From NCBI GenBank assembly GCA_965242865.1, contig CBDETK010000013.1:5280001-5344000 (forward strand): a DNA stretch of 64,000 bases. The letters are read 5' to 3'. Each line of letters opens with the position of its first letter. The first letter of the stretch is position 1. The translations under genes were made by a program, and so were the position numbers. The stretch is from Candidatus Latescibacterota bacterium (GTDB lineage: Bacteria > Latescibacterota > UBA2968 > UBA8231). Below the pieces are notes generated by a model that had not been told where the DNA came from, ran no database searches, and was given only the letters and a program-made list of their open reading frames with translations. Positions 1 through 9,341 of this stretch are shown piece after piece.

Positions 1-1928
1 CGGCCCTGAACGTCCTCGCGGGCGAGGGCTGGCGGGATTTCAGGGGCAACCTGCTGATGGGATGGCCGCCTTTGTTCCCCCTGCTGCTGGTGGCCGGCGG
101 CTGGGTCGGCCTCGAGCCACTGACGGTGGGGCGGTGGGTCAATGCCATCGCCTTCGGGCTGACCATCCTCGCCGCGGGGGGCTGGCTGCGCTCGAATCTC
201 CAAGCGCGGTGGCTGGGACTGACCGCCACCGCGACTATCGCGACCTCTCTGCCCTTGACCCATTTCGCGTCGAGCTTCTTGACCGAGCCCCTCTTTGTCC
301 TGTTCACGCTCCTCGCCTTGGTCCAATTGGCATCCTTCCTGCAGCGCGGCGGACGGATGGCCCTGCTGTGGGGCGCGGTTTGTACCGCACTGGCCGCGCA
401 GACCCGCTGGCCGGGCGCGGTGCTGATCGGCGTCGGCGTCCTGCTGCTGCTGGTGCGTCGCGCTCCGCCGCTGGCCGCCCGGTTGAAGCACACCGTCGTC
501 TTTGGCGCGATCTCGTTTCTGCCCTTGCTCGCGGTATTGGCGCACAATTGGGCGGTCACCGGAGACCTGACCCAAGCAACGGGGAACAGAATAGACCCTT
601 CGGGGCAGTCCCTAGCCGAGGGGCTGAACCAGATATATCCATCGTCGGGCCATCCTCAAAGGTGGCGTCCTTCGGGGCAGTCCCTAGCCGAGGGGTTGAG
701 CCAGACTGTCGATGTGTTCCGCGAGTGGGTCGTCCCTTCAAATGCGCCGGACGGGTTTGGTGCTCTCCTGTGGCTGGCGGCTGGGCTAGTTGTGGTCGTG
801 GGGATGGGGATCGGGGTGTGGGGGCACGGCAGGGGCGAGAATAAGGGCAAGGCTCGGCCGGCGGCGCCGCCTTTCGGGTTGGGGCCGGCACTCCCATTCG
901 GGGGATTCGCCCTAGCCTACTCCGTATCCCTAGTCGCTGTCGTGCCCTTCACGGTTTGTCAGGGCATCGACAGCCGCTATCTGCTGCCGATATACGGGCC
1001 GTTGCTGTTGGCGGCGATGGTGCTGCTAGACCGATTCCTATCTATCGAGGCCGCGGGCAGGATGGTTGCCATCCGCTACGGACTAGCGTCCGTCGTCTTG
1101 CTGGCGGCCCTCGCCCACATCGGTTTCTCGGCGCACAGCAGCCTCCGCATTACCGCCAAAGGATATGTGGCCGGGTTCGAAGAGACACACAATAACTCCT
1201 ACTGGGAATCTTCCGAGACCCTGAATTACATCAGGACCCACCTTCGCGAGGGCCGGATTTACAGCAACCACGCCCACCTTGCTTGGTTTTGGGATCGGAC
1301 CGCCGCCTTGGGAAAGCACCAAGATCTCCCGTGGGTCGGGATTCACAACTTGACCGTGCGCATCATGCGAAAGACCGCTGGTGCTGGCGCCCATATCGTT
1401 TGGTTCCAGCATGGAAAGTCTTATTACGACTACGACGCCCTAGACGTCCGCTGCCTGCCTGGGGTGGAACCCGTGGCCGAGCTATCCGATGGCGTGGTGT
1501 TGCGCGTAACGGCGGCCGAACCCTCCGATGCGGAAAGGCTTCGCGCTCGGAAACAACGCCACCTAGAGCAACTCATCCAACAGGCCGGCGAGCCGGTGAT
1601 CCGCGCTAACTGGGACGTGTACCGCAACGGACGCAAGCTGACTTACCTCAAAAAGCCGTGTACACCCGCCGATGTGCAGGCCAAGTTCGTTTTGCACGTC
1701 ATCCCCGTCGATCGGGCCGACCTGCCAGTCTATCGTCAGCGGTACGGCTTTGACAACTTCGACTTCTATTTCGACCCACGCGGCGTACGGCGTGGTATGC
1801 GGCACGGCGACCAGTGTATGGCGATCGCCCATCTGCCCAACTACGCCATCGGCCGCATCCGGGTCGGCCAGTGGATTTCCACTGAGAACCGCACCGTCTG
1901 GGAAGCAGAGTTTGCGCCGGGCCGGTGA
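1..1928 (+). CDS. Polytopic membrane glycosyltransferase-like protein (GT-C/ArnT-PMT-like) with C-terminal extracytoplasmic domain; paralog 1, 5'-truncated by the window
   Basis: The frame is open upstream of the ATG at 57 (ALNVLAGEGWRDFRGNLLMGWPP aligns to paralogs 2/3). Many TM segments; WPPLFP, TEPLF and DSRYLLP motifs typical of GT-C-like proteins. Confidence 0.7.
   Translation, partial: ALNVLAGEGWRDFRGNLLMGWPPLFPLLLVAGGWVGLEPLTVGRWVNAIAFGLTILAAGGWLRSNLQARWLGLTATATIATSLPLTHFASSFLTEPLFVLFTLLALVQLASFLQRGGRMALLWGAVCTALAAQTRWPGAVLIGVGVLLLLVRRAPPLAARLKHTVVFGAISFLPLLAVLAHNWAVTGDLTQATGNRIDPSGQSLAEGLNQIYPSSGHPQRWRPSGQSLAEGLSQTVDVFREWVVPSNAPDGFGALLWLAAGLVVVVGMGIGVWGHGRGENKGKARPAAPPFGLGPALPFGGFALAYSVSLVAVVPFTVCQGIDSRYLLPIYGPLLLAAMVLLDRFLSIEAAGRMVAIRYGLASVVLLAALAHIGFSAHSSLRITAKGYVAGFEETHNNSYWESSETLNYIRTHLREGRIYSNHAHLAWFWDRTAALGKHQDLPWVGIHNLTVRIMRKTAGAGAHIVWFQHGKSYYDYDALDVRCLPGVEPVAELSDGVVLRVTAAEPSDAERLRARKQRHLEQLIQQAGEPVIRANWDVYRNGRKLTYLKKPCTPADVQAKFVLHVIPVDRADLPVYRQRYGFDNFDFYFDPRGVRRGMRHGDQCMAIAHLPNYAIGRIRVGQWISTENRTVWEAEFAPGR
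597..705 (+). repeat. Intragenic direct repeat of ~37 bp, 72-bp period (PSGQSLAEGLNQ / PSGQSLAEGLSQ)
   Basis: ccttcggggcagtccctagccgagggg occurs at 597 and 669. Paralogs 2 and 3 have one copy. Confidence 0.9.
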
Positions 1929-1948
1929 TTGAAAACTTTATGAGATGG

Positions 1949-3925
1949 ATGAAGTCCTCCGCCTCCGAGTGGCTCGCCCGGTGGCGGCGAGATCTCTTCA
2001 GGCTGCTCATCGTCGTCCTCGCCGGGCTGGGCACCGCCCACCTCCTCGTCCGCACCGCCACCTACGGCCCCGCGGTCACCCAAGACTCCTCACGTCTCCT
2101 GTCCACGGCCCTGAACTTTCTCGCCGGAGAGGGCTGGCAGGATTTCAGGGGCAGACCGCTGATCGGCTGGCCGCCCCTGTTCCCCCTGGTGCTGGCGGTC
2201 GGCGGTTGGGTCGGCCTCGATCCGGTGGCGGCAGGTCGGTGGATCAACGCCACCGCCTTCGGGCTGACCATCCTCGCGGCGGGGGGCTGGCTGCGCTCGA
2301 ATCTTAGGTCGCAGTGGCTGGCACTGGCCACCACCGCAACCATCGCGGCCTCTCTGCCCTTGAGCGAGCTCGCGTCCAGCCTCATGACAGACCCCCTCTT
2401 TGTCCTGTTGACGCTCCTCGCCTTGATCCAATTGGCGTCCTTCCTGCATCGCGGCGGGCGGACGCCCTTGCTGCTAGGCGCGGTTTTCACCGCGCTGGCC
2501 GCGCTGACCCGCTATCCGGGCGTGGTGCTGATCGGCGTCGGCGTCCTGCTGGTGCTGGTGCGTCGCACCCCGCCGCTGGCCATCCGATTGAAGCAGGCCA
2601 TCGCATTTGGGGCTGTCTCATCCTTTCCCCTCGCAGGGGTGCTGACGCGCAACTGGGCTATCTCCGGCACCCTGACCGGGCGGCAAAGCCAGTCGGGGCA
2701 GTCCTTGTCCGATTCGCTGAGCCAAGTGGCGGATGTATTCCGGCAGTGGGTGATTCCCCCGAATGCGCTGGACGGGTGGGGGCCGCTCCTGTGGATAGCG
2801 GCCGGGCTGGTGGGGGCCGTGGGGGTGGGGATCGTTGTGTCGGGTCGCGGCATGGGCGGCAAGGCTCGGCCGGCGTCGCCGCTTTTCGGGTTGGGACCGG
2901 CACTCCCATTCGGGGGATTCGCCCTAGCTTACCTCGGATTTATGATCGTCGTGGTGCCCTTCACGGCTTATCAGGGCATTGACAGCCGCTACCTGCTGCC
3001 GGTGTACGGGCCGCTGCTGTTGACGGCGGCGGCGGTGCTGGATCGGTTCCTGTCCATCGCGGCGGCGGGTTGGAGGGCCGCGGCCAAATGGGGGCTGGCG
3101 TCCCTCGTCTTGCTGGGGGCCTTCGCCCACGTCGGCTTTTCGGCGCACGGAAATCTCCGTATTACCGCCAAAGGATATGTAGCCGGATTCGGGACGCTCA
3201 ATGACCCCTATTGGGAACCTTCCGAGACCCTAAATTACATCAGGACCCACCTTCGCGAGGGCCGGATTTACAGCAACAACGCCTATCTTGCTTGGTTTTG
3301 GGGTCGGAACGCCGCCCCGGGAAAGTACCAGCGGCTCCCGTGGGTCGAAATTCACGAGGTGATACCGCACATCATGCGAAAGACCAATGGCAACGGCGCA
3401 CCTATCGTTTGGTTCCAAAATGAAAAGTCTTGGTACGACTACGACGCCTTGGACATCCGCTGCTTGCCCGGGGTGGAACCCGTGGCTGAGCTATCCGATG
3501 GCATGGTATTCCGCGCAACGGCGGCCGAACCCTTCGATGCAGAAAGGCATCGCGCCCGCAAACAACGCTACTTAGACCAACTCCTCCAACAGGCTGGCGA
3601 GCGGGTGGTTCGCTCCAACTGGGACGTGTACCGCAACGGACGCAAGCTGACCTATCTCAAAAAGCCGTGTGCCCCTGCCGATGTGCAGGCCAAGTTCGTT
3701 TTGCGCGTCATCCCGGCCGACCCGGCCGATCTTTCTCGCTCCCGCCAGCGGTACGGCTATGACAACCTCGGCTTCTATTTCGACCGACGCGGCATGAGGC
3801 GCGGCGACCAGTGTATGGCGATTGCTCATCTGCCCGACTATCCCATCGGCCGCATCCGGGTCGGCCAGCGGATTTCCAGAGAGAACCGCACCCTCTGGGA
3901 CGCAGAGTTTTCGCCGGGCCGGTGA
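1949..3925 (+). CDS. Membrane glycosyltransferase-like protein, paralog 2
   Basis: ORF 1925..3925. Start placed at ATG 1949 (MKSSASEWLAR) by similarity to the paralog 3 start MKPSAFEWIAR. Same motifs as paralog 1. Confidence 0.7.
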   Translation: MKSSASEWLARWRRDLFRLLIVVLAGLGTAHLLVRTATYGPAVTQDSSRLLSTALNFLAGEGWQDFRGRPLIGWPPLFPLVLAVGGWVGLDPVAAGRWINATAFGLTILAAGGWLRSNLRSQWLALATTATIAASLPLSELASSLMTDPLFVLLTLLALIQLASFLHRGGRTPLLLGAVFTALAALTRYPGVVLIGVGVLLVLVRRTPPLAIRLKQAIAFGAVSSFPLAGVLTRNWAISGTLTGRQSQSGQSLSDSLSQVADVFRQWVIPPNALDGWGPLLWIAAGLVGAVGVGIVVSGRGMGGKARPASPLFGLGPALPFGGFALAYLGFMIVVVPFTAYQGIDSRYLLPVYGPLLLTAAAVLDRFLSIAAAGWRAAAKWGLASLVLLGAFAHVGFSAHGNLRITAKGYVAGFGTLNDPYWEPSETLNYIRTHLREGRIYSNNAYLAWFWGRNAAPGKYQRLPWVEIHEVIPHIMRKTNGNGAPIVWFQNEKSWYDYDALDIRCLPGVEPVAELSDGMVFRATAAEPFDAERHRARKQRYLDQLLQQAGERVVRSNWDVYRNGRKLTYLKKPCAPADVQAKFVLRVIPADPADLSRSRQRYGYDNLGFYFDRRGMRRGDQCMAIAHLPDYPIGRIRVGQRISRENRTLWDAEFSPGR

Positions 3926-3932
3926 TCAAAAG

Positions 3933-5891
3933 ATGAAGCCCTCCGCATTCGAATGGATCGCCCGGTTCGGGCGCGACCCCTTCGCGCTGCTCAGCGTCGT
4001 CCTCGCCGGGCTAGGCACCGCCCACATCCTCGTCCGCACCGCCACCTATGGCCTAGTGGTCAAAACGGACTCCGTACAGTTCCTGTCCACGGCCATGAAC
4101 TTTCTCGCCGGCGAGGGCTGGCGGAATTTCACGGGCGAACCGCTGGTGGGATGGCCGCCCTTGTTCCCCTTGCTGCTGGCGGCCTTCGGTTGGGTCGGCC
4201 TCGACCCGCTGGAGGCGGGGCGGTGGGTCAACGCCACCGCCTTCGGGCTGACCATCCTCGCCGCAGGGAGTTGGCTGCGTTCGAATCTCCGGGCGCGGTG
4301 GCTGGCACTGGCCGCCACCGCCACCCTCGCAGCCTCCCTGCCCTTGAGCCGTTGGGCGTCCCACTTACGAACCGACTTTCTCTTCGCCCTGTTGACGCTC
4401 CTCGCCTTGGTCCAATTGGCGGCCTTCCTCCGCCGGCGGACAGACGCGCCGCTGGGGTGGGCGGCGGTTTGCACCGCGCTGGCCGCGCTGACCCGCTATC
4501 CGGGCGTGGTCCTAATCGGCGTCGGCATCCTGCTGCTGGGCCCCCTCGCCCGGCCGAAAAAGACCCTCGCCTTTGGCGCGATCTCATCCCTGCCCTTGCT
4601 GGCGGTATTGGGGCATAATTGGGCAGTCGCCGAGACCCTGACGGGGCGATCTGCGAAGGGCTCGGGACAGTCCCTATCGGCTGGGCTGAGCCAAACCGTC
4701 GCGGTGTTCCGCGGGTGGGTCGTCCCCCCCAACGCGCCGGAGGGGGTGGCGTATCTGCTGGGACTGGCGGTCGCCGCAGTCGTCCTCGCTGGCGGGACCG
4801 TAATCCTGCGCATGCTCCGAATGCACCGCGACGACGAAGAGGCCGCGCCGGCATACTTCCGCTTGAGACCAGCACTCCCATTCGCGGTGTTCGCCGTAGG
4901 CTACCTCGGATCCATGGTCGCCGTGGTACCCTTCACGGTTAGGCAGGCCATCGACAGCCGCTATCTGCTGCCGGTGTATGTGCCGCTGCTGTTGGTGGCC
5001 GCGTTGCTACTGGATCGGTTGCTGTCCATCGAGGCGGCGGGTCGGATGGCCGGGGCCAAGTGGGGGCTGGCGTCCCTCGTCTTGCTGGGGGGGCTTGCCC
5101 ACACCGGCTTCTCGATACACAGCAACCTTACCCGCCAAGTATGGAGAGCCGAGGCCTGGGTATACAATGTGTCCCACTGGGAATCTTCCGAGCCCCTGAA
5201 TTATATCAGGACCCACCTTCGCGAGGGCCGGATTTACAGCAACCACGCCCCCCTTGCTTGGTTTTGGGATCGGACCGCCCCCCCAGGAAAGCACCAGTAT
5301 CTCCCGCATAAGATTCACCAAGTGGTACCGCGCATAATGGGGAAGACCGATAGCGATGGAGCCCATATCGTTTGGTTCCAGGATAGAAAGCTTTGGTACC
5401 GCTACGACGCCTTCGATATCCACTGCTTGCCCGGGGTGGAACCCGTGGCCGAGCTATCCAATGGCGTGGTGTTTCGCGTAACGGCGGCGGCCGAACCGTT
5501 CGATGCGGAAAGGCATCGCACCCGGAAACAACGTTACTTAGACCAACTCATCCAACAGGCTGGCGAGTTGGTGGTCCGCTCCAACTGGGACGTGTACCGC
5601 AACGGACGCAAGCTGACGTACCTCAAACAGCCGTGTACACCAGCCGATGTGCAGGCCAAGTTCGTTTTGCACGTCACTCCCGTCGACCCGGCCGACCTGC
5701 CAACCTATCGCCAGCGGTACGGCTTTGACAACTTCGACTTCTATTTCGACCGGCGCGGCGTCCAAGTTGGCGACCAGTGTATAGTGACCGCCCATCTGCC
5801 CAACTACGCCATCCGCCGCATCCGAGTCGGCCAGTGGATTTCCGACGGAAACCGCACCCTCTGGGACGCGGAGTTTGCGCCAAGCCGGTGA
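3933..5891 (+). CDS. Membrane glycosyltransferase-like protein, paralog 3
   Basis: ATG at 3933, just after the paralog 2 stop; collinear with paralogs 1/2, including the C-terminal WDVYRNGRKLTYLK..C...GDQC domain. Confidence 0.7.
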   Translation: MKPSAFEWIARFGRDPFALLSVVLAGLGTAHILVRTATYGLVVKTDSVQFLSTAMNFLAGEGWRNFTGEPLVGWPPLFPLLLAAFGWVGLDPLEAGRWVNATAFGLTILAAGSWLRSNLRARWLALAATATLAASLPLSRWASHLRTDFLFALLTLLALVQLAAFLRRRTDAPLGWAAVCTALAALTRYPGVVLIGVGILLLGPLARPKKTLAFGAISSLPLLAVLGHNWAVAETLTGRSAKGSGQSLSAGLSQTVAVFRGWVVPPNAPEGVAYLLGLAVAAVVLAGGTVILRMLRMHRDDEEAAPAYFRLRPALPFAVFAVGYLGSMVAVVPFTVRQAIDSRYLLPVYVPLLLVAALLLDRLLSIEAAGRMAGAKWGLASLVLLGGLAHTGFSIHSNLTRQVWRAEAWVYNVSHWESSEPLNYIRTHLREGRIYSNHAPLAWFWDRTAPPGKHQYLPHKIHQVVPRIMGKTDSDGAHIVWFQDRKLWYRYDAFDIHCLPGVEPVAELSNGVVFRVTAAAEPFDAERHRTRKQRYLDQLIQQAGELVVRSNWDVYRNGRKLTYLKQPCTPADVQAKFVLHVTPVDPADLPTYRQRYGFDNFDFYFDRRGVQVGDQCIVTAHLPNYAIRRIRVGQWISDGNRTLWDAEFAPSR

Positions 5892-5928
5892 TTACCACGC
5901 CAGAACCCCAACCTAAAGGAGCACCGCC

Positions 5929-7002
5929 ATGGACGAAAAATACACGGTCGCCATCATTGGCTGCGGCCGCCTCGGCCAGCACTACGCCGAAGTCTATCAA
6001 ACCTTGCCCCACACCGAGCTAGTCGCCATCGCCGAATACAACCCCGAGCGGCGTCAAGCCGTTGGCGAGCGATTCGGCGTCCGCGCACTCTATCGGGACG
6101 CGCCGGCCCTCTTCCGGCACATCGTCCCGGACATTGCGGTCGTCGTGCTGCCCGGCCAGTACATCAAGGAGGCCGTCATCGCGGCCGCGCAAGCGGGCGT
6201 CAAGGGCGTCTCCACGGACAAGCCCATTGGGGCTCGCCTGTCCGAGGTCGATGCCATGATCGAGGAATGCGAAAGGCGCGGCGTAGTCTTTGCCGGCGGC
6301 AACCTGCAACGGGCTATGGGCGAGGTGCAAGAAGCCGCCGGCTGGCTGCGGGCGGGCGAGTTCGGCCCATTGCGCGGGGCCAGCGTCCACGGCTGGGGCG
6401 GCGAAATCTCCGGCGGGGGCTGCCAGCACATCGCCGTTTTGCGGCTCTTCACCCAAGCCGAGATCACCCAAGTCATCGCTTGGGGTGCCCCAGCGGAGGC
6501 CCTCGCGCGCGACGACGACGAGGGCCTGATCGTCAACGGGCAATTTTTGCTCAGCAACGGCTTGGTCTGTCCGGTGTTTGGCCGCCCGACGCCCAGCCGC
6601 GGCGTAGCAGTGTGGACCGACGACGCGCTCGTCCGCTGGGATTGGGGACCGCCCGAAATTTTCCAAGGCCGCGACGCGCAGGGGGTTCGCACCCAGCTCG
6701 ACCGCCGCTATACGCCGCTCGCCTACCCCCGCTTCTCCTACCTGGGCACCTCGGTGCTGTCGTTTTTGGATGTCGTGCAAAACGGCGGCCCGCTCTACGT
6801 CTCCGGCCACGACCTGCGCCAAGCGCTCGAAGTGGCCATCGCCGCCAAGTACTCGGCCCTGTGGGGCAATGTGCCGCTCAACCTGCCGCTCGCCGACCGC
6901 TCCCTCGCGCTCTACCCGCGGGCCTATCGCTGGCTCGGCGGCGACCAGTCCGGGCGTCCACAACCCTACGCCGAGGCGCGGGAAGGGACGCTTTTTTCTT
7001 AG
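5929..7002 (+). CDS. Gfo/Idh/MocA family NAD(P)-dependent oxidoreductase
   Basis: N-terminal IIGCGRLG Rossmann motif, DKP (EKP-like) motif, AAGGAG RBS upstream. Confidence 0.85.
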   Translation: MDEKYTVAIIGCGRLGQHYAEVYQTLPHTELVAIAEYNPERRQAVGERFGVRALYRDAPALFRHIVPDIAVVVLPGQYIKEAVIAAAQAGVKGVSTDKPIGARLSEVDAMIEECERRGVVFAGGNLQRAMGEVQEAAGWLRAGEFGPLRGASVHGWGGEISGGGCQHIAVLRLFTQAEITQVIAWGAPAEALARDDDEGLIVNGQFLLSNGLVCPVFGRPTPSRGVAVWTDDALVRWDWGPPEIFQGRDAQGVRTQLDRRYTPLAYPRFSYLGTSVLSFLDVVQNGGPLYVSGHDLRQALEVAIAAKYSALWGNVPLNLPLADRSLALYPRAYRWLGGDQSGRPQPYAEAREGTLFS

Positions 7003-7040
7003 GATGGATTCCGGTTCTCGCTTCCGTTATACTTCGATTT

Positions 7041-7433
7041 ATGCACGCTTACCGATCGTACATTGAGGCTTGGCAAAAGCGTCTGCGCCAAGAGCGGGAA
7101 GCACTCGACCAAGCCGCGCGACAAGCGCGGACGCAGGCCCAAGCCTGCGCTCAGGCTCTGGTCGAGGAGTACGGGGCCGAGCGCGTGCATCTCATCGGCT
7201 CGCTGGCCCGAGGCAGCGGTTTCCACGCGCGCTCGGATATCGACTTGGTCGTCGCGGGCTTGGCACCGGAACGCTACTTTGCGGTGTTAGCCGATGTGGC
7301 CGAGCGAGCGGGCCGCGAGGTCGATTTGATTCTACTTGAGTCGGCAACGCCGGCGTTGCGTCAGTGCGTTGCCAACGAGGGAGTGCTGCTATATGAGCGC
7401 ACAGAAATTCCTGCTGCTGCGGGCGGACATTGA
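7041..7433 (+). CDS. MNT-type nucleotidyltransferase (antitoxin of an MNT-HEPN pair)
   Basis: ATG 7041. VHLIGSLARG..SDIDLVV and EVDLI pol-beta motifs; overlaps the downstream HEPN gene. Confidence 0.85.
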   Translation: MHAYRSYIEAWQKRLRQEREALDQAARQARTQAQACAQALVEEYGAERVHLIGSLARGSGFHARSDIDLVVAGLAPERYFAVLADVAERAGREVDLILLESATPALRQCVANEGVLLYERTEIPAAAGGH

Positions 7434-7880
7434 CCGGGCGCTAGAGCCGCTTGCCGCCGTGGTGGCGGAAGGTCGGGAGATCCTCGAGAAACTCGACGGA
7501 CCGCCCACCACGTGGAACTGCGCGGCATTGGCAGCATCTTACACGACTTCTATACCGGCATGGAACAACTCCTAGAGCACATCGCCAGCGAGCTCGATGG
7601 CGAGATACCTGTCGGCGCTTACTGGCACACGCAGCTTTTGGGCCGGATGACGAGCGAAATAGAAGGGGTGCGCCCGGCCGTCCTCAGCGCAGAACTCGCA
7701 GACGCACTGCGCCCCTACCTGCGCTTCCTCCATCTCTTCAGGAATATATACGGTACGCAATTGCGCTGGGAGTTGTGCCGCGAATTGGCCACTGAGATGG
7801 AAGACGTCTGGGAAAAATTCCACCGAGAGCTGGAAGCGTTCAAAGACCTATTGAAGAGGTTGTACGCCGGCTGTAGTTAG
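7393..7880 (+). pseudogene. HEPN (HepT-like) RNase toxin, frameshifted
   Basis: The N-terminus from ATG 7393 (MSAQKFLLLRADI...) switches frame near 7505-7512 into ELRGIGSILHDFYTG...WH..LL..M...RPAV. The motif reads RFLHLFRNIYG where RFRH would be expected. Confidence 0.75.
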
Positions 7881-7895
7881 CCGCAAACCCGTTTC

Positions 7896-9341
7896 TCAAT
7901 CGAGGCCGGGCAGTGCTACTTCGTCGCCGGTCTGCACCTGCCAAGCGCGAATCCGCTCGCTCAGTTGGCCAATTCGCACGCGCTGCTCGGGCCGGTGGTA
8001 TAGATTTTCCAGCTCGTGGGGGTCGGCGTTCAGGTCGTATAGCTCGCCTTGGCCCTGGCCGTACAGATTGAGCTTCCAGCCATCGGCCGCGACGAGGGTG
8101 CGGAGGGGATGCACCAAGCTGCGGTTCGGCTCGGCTTCGCCGATCGAGGCCGGCGGGTGCCCGTCGGCGCCGCTCCACTCGACAAACACATCGTTGGCCG
8201 CCAAGTCCGAGCGGCCGCGCAGCACCGGCACCCGGCTCTGCCCCTGCAAATGGCCCGGGGCCTCTATCCCCAGCAAATCGAGCAGCGTGGGCAGCAAGTC
8301 GATATGGCTGAACCGGCCACCAATGCGCCGGGGCGGCGCGCCGAGCATGGGTGCGCGCAGCAGCAGCGGCACCTTGATCGACTCCTCGTACATCAGGGTC
8401 TTGCCCAAAATGCCGTGATCGCCCATGAGTTCGCCGTGATCCGACGTAAAAATCACCACGGTATCGTCGGCCTTGCCGCTGTCGTCCAACGCCCGGAGGA
8501 TTTGGGCCACCGAGCGATCCACCAGCGTCACATTGCCCCAATAGCGGGCCATCAGCCCGCGCCAGCCCGCCTCGGTCTGCAAGTCCAACCCGTAGTTTTC
8601 CGAGGCCGAGTAAAAGGCCGCCATCACCCGCACGATCAAGGGCGCGTCGCCCGGCGGGAGCTGCCGAAAGCTCGGCCCGGTCGGCAGCGCCTGCGGGTCG
8701 TAGTAGTCGTTGAGCGGCCCGGTGTGCGGCGGATGCGGCTCCAGATAGCTGACGCACAGCGCGAACGGCGCGTCGCCGCTGCGGCGGATGTACTCTGCGG
8801 CCTGCGCCCCCAAAAACGCCGCCTTAGTGCATTCCTCCGGCATGGAGGCTTGGGCGTGGCGCGAGAACACGCGCTGGCCGAGGCTTTCCGCGTCGGGCGC
8901 GAACCCCTGCTCGACCAAGAAGTGGTGATACGGGCTGAGCACCTCCAGCCGCTCCGGCTCGGAGTAACCACGCCGGTACGAGTCTTCGCTGCCGACCCAC
9001 GTGGCAAAGCCGTGCTGGGGAAAAATCTCATCCCCCAAGTGCCACTTGCCCATAAAGGCCGTCTGGTATTCTGGCGGCAGCATCTCGGCCAAGGTCGGCA
9101 CCTCAGCGGCCAGCGGCACATTGCACGCCGGCACCCCGGCCGCGTGCGGCCACAGCCCGGTCAGCATGGTGGCCCGCGCCGGGCTGCACACCGGCTGGCT
9201 CGCGTACGCGTTTTCAAAGACAAAGCCAGCGGCGGCCAGCGAGTCGAGGGCCGGGGTCTCTATCTGGGCATTGCCGTAGCAGCCCAGCGTATCCACGCGC
9301 TGCTGATCCGTGAAGATGTAAAGGAGGTTGGGGGGTTTCAC
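7896..9341 (-). CDS. Cys-type sulfatase (S1 family)
   Basis: PNLLYIFTDQQR, CSPAR (formylglycine signature), GKWHLG, FTSDHG. Confidence 0.95.
   Translation of the reverse strand: MKPPNLLYIFTDQQRVDTLGCYGNAQIETPALDSLAAAGFVFENAYASQPVCSPARATMLTGLWPHAAGVPACNVPLAAEVPTLAEMLPPEYQTAFMGKWHLGDEIFPQHGFATWVGSEDSYRRGYSEPERLEVLSPYHHFLVEQGFAPDAESLGQRVFSRHAQASMPEECTKAAFLGAQAAEYIRRSGDAPFALCVSYLEPHPPHTGPLNDYYDPQALPTGPSFRQLPPGDAPLIVRVMAAFYSASENYGLDLQTEAGWRGLMARYWGNVTLVDRSVAQILRALDDSGKADDTVVIFTSDHGELMGDHGILGKTLMYEESIKVPLLLRAPMLGAPPRRIGGRFSHIDLLPTLLDLLGIEAPGHLQGQSRVPVLRGRSDLAANDVFVEWSGADGHPPASIGEAEPNRSLVHPLRTLVAADGWKLNLYGQGQGELYDLNADPHELENLYHRPEQRVRIGQLSERIRAWQVQTGDEVALPGLD

Noticed and set aside
1-5891. Diversity-generating retroelement acting on the paralog array
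   Set aside because: No reverse transcriptase is present, and the differences are not adenine-specific or confined to one variable repeat.
6267-7433. 388-aa ORF as a single gene
   Set aside because: The first ~258 codons are an alternate frame over the oxidoreductase; only the part from ATG 7041 has MNT motifs.
7495-7515. Programmed frameshift in the HEPN gene
   Set aside because: No slippery heptamer or homopolymer, and the catalytic motif also appears mutated.
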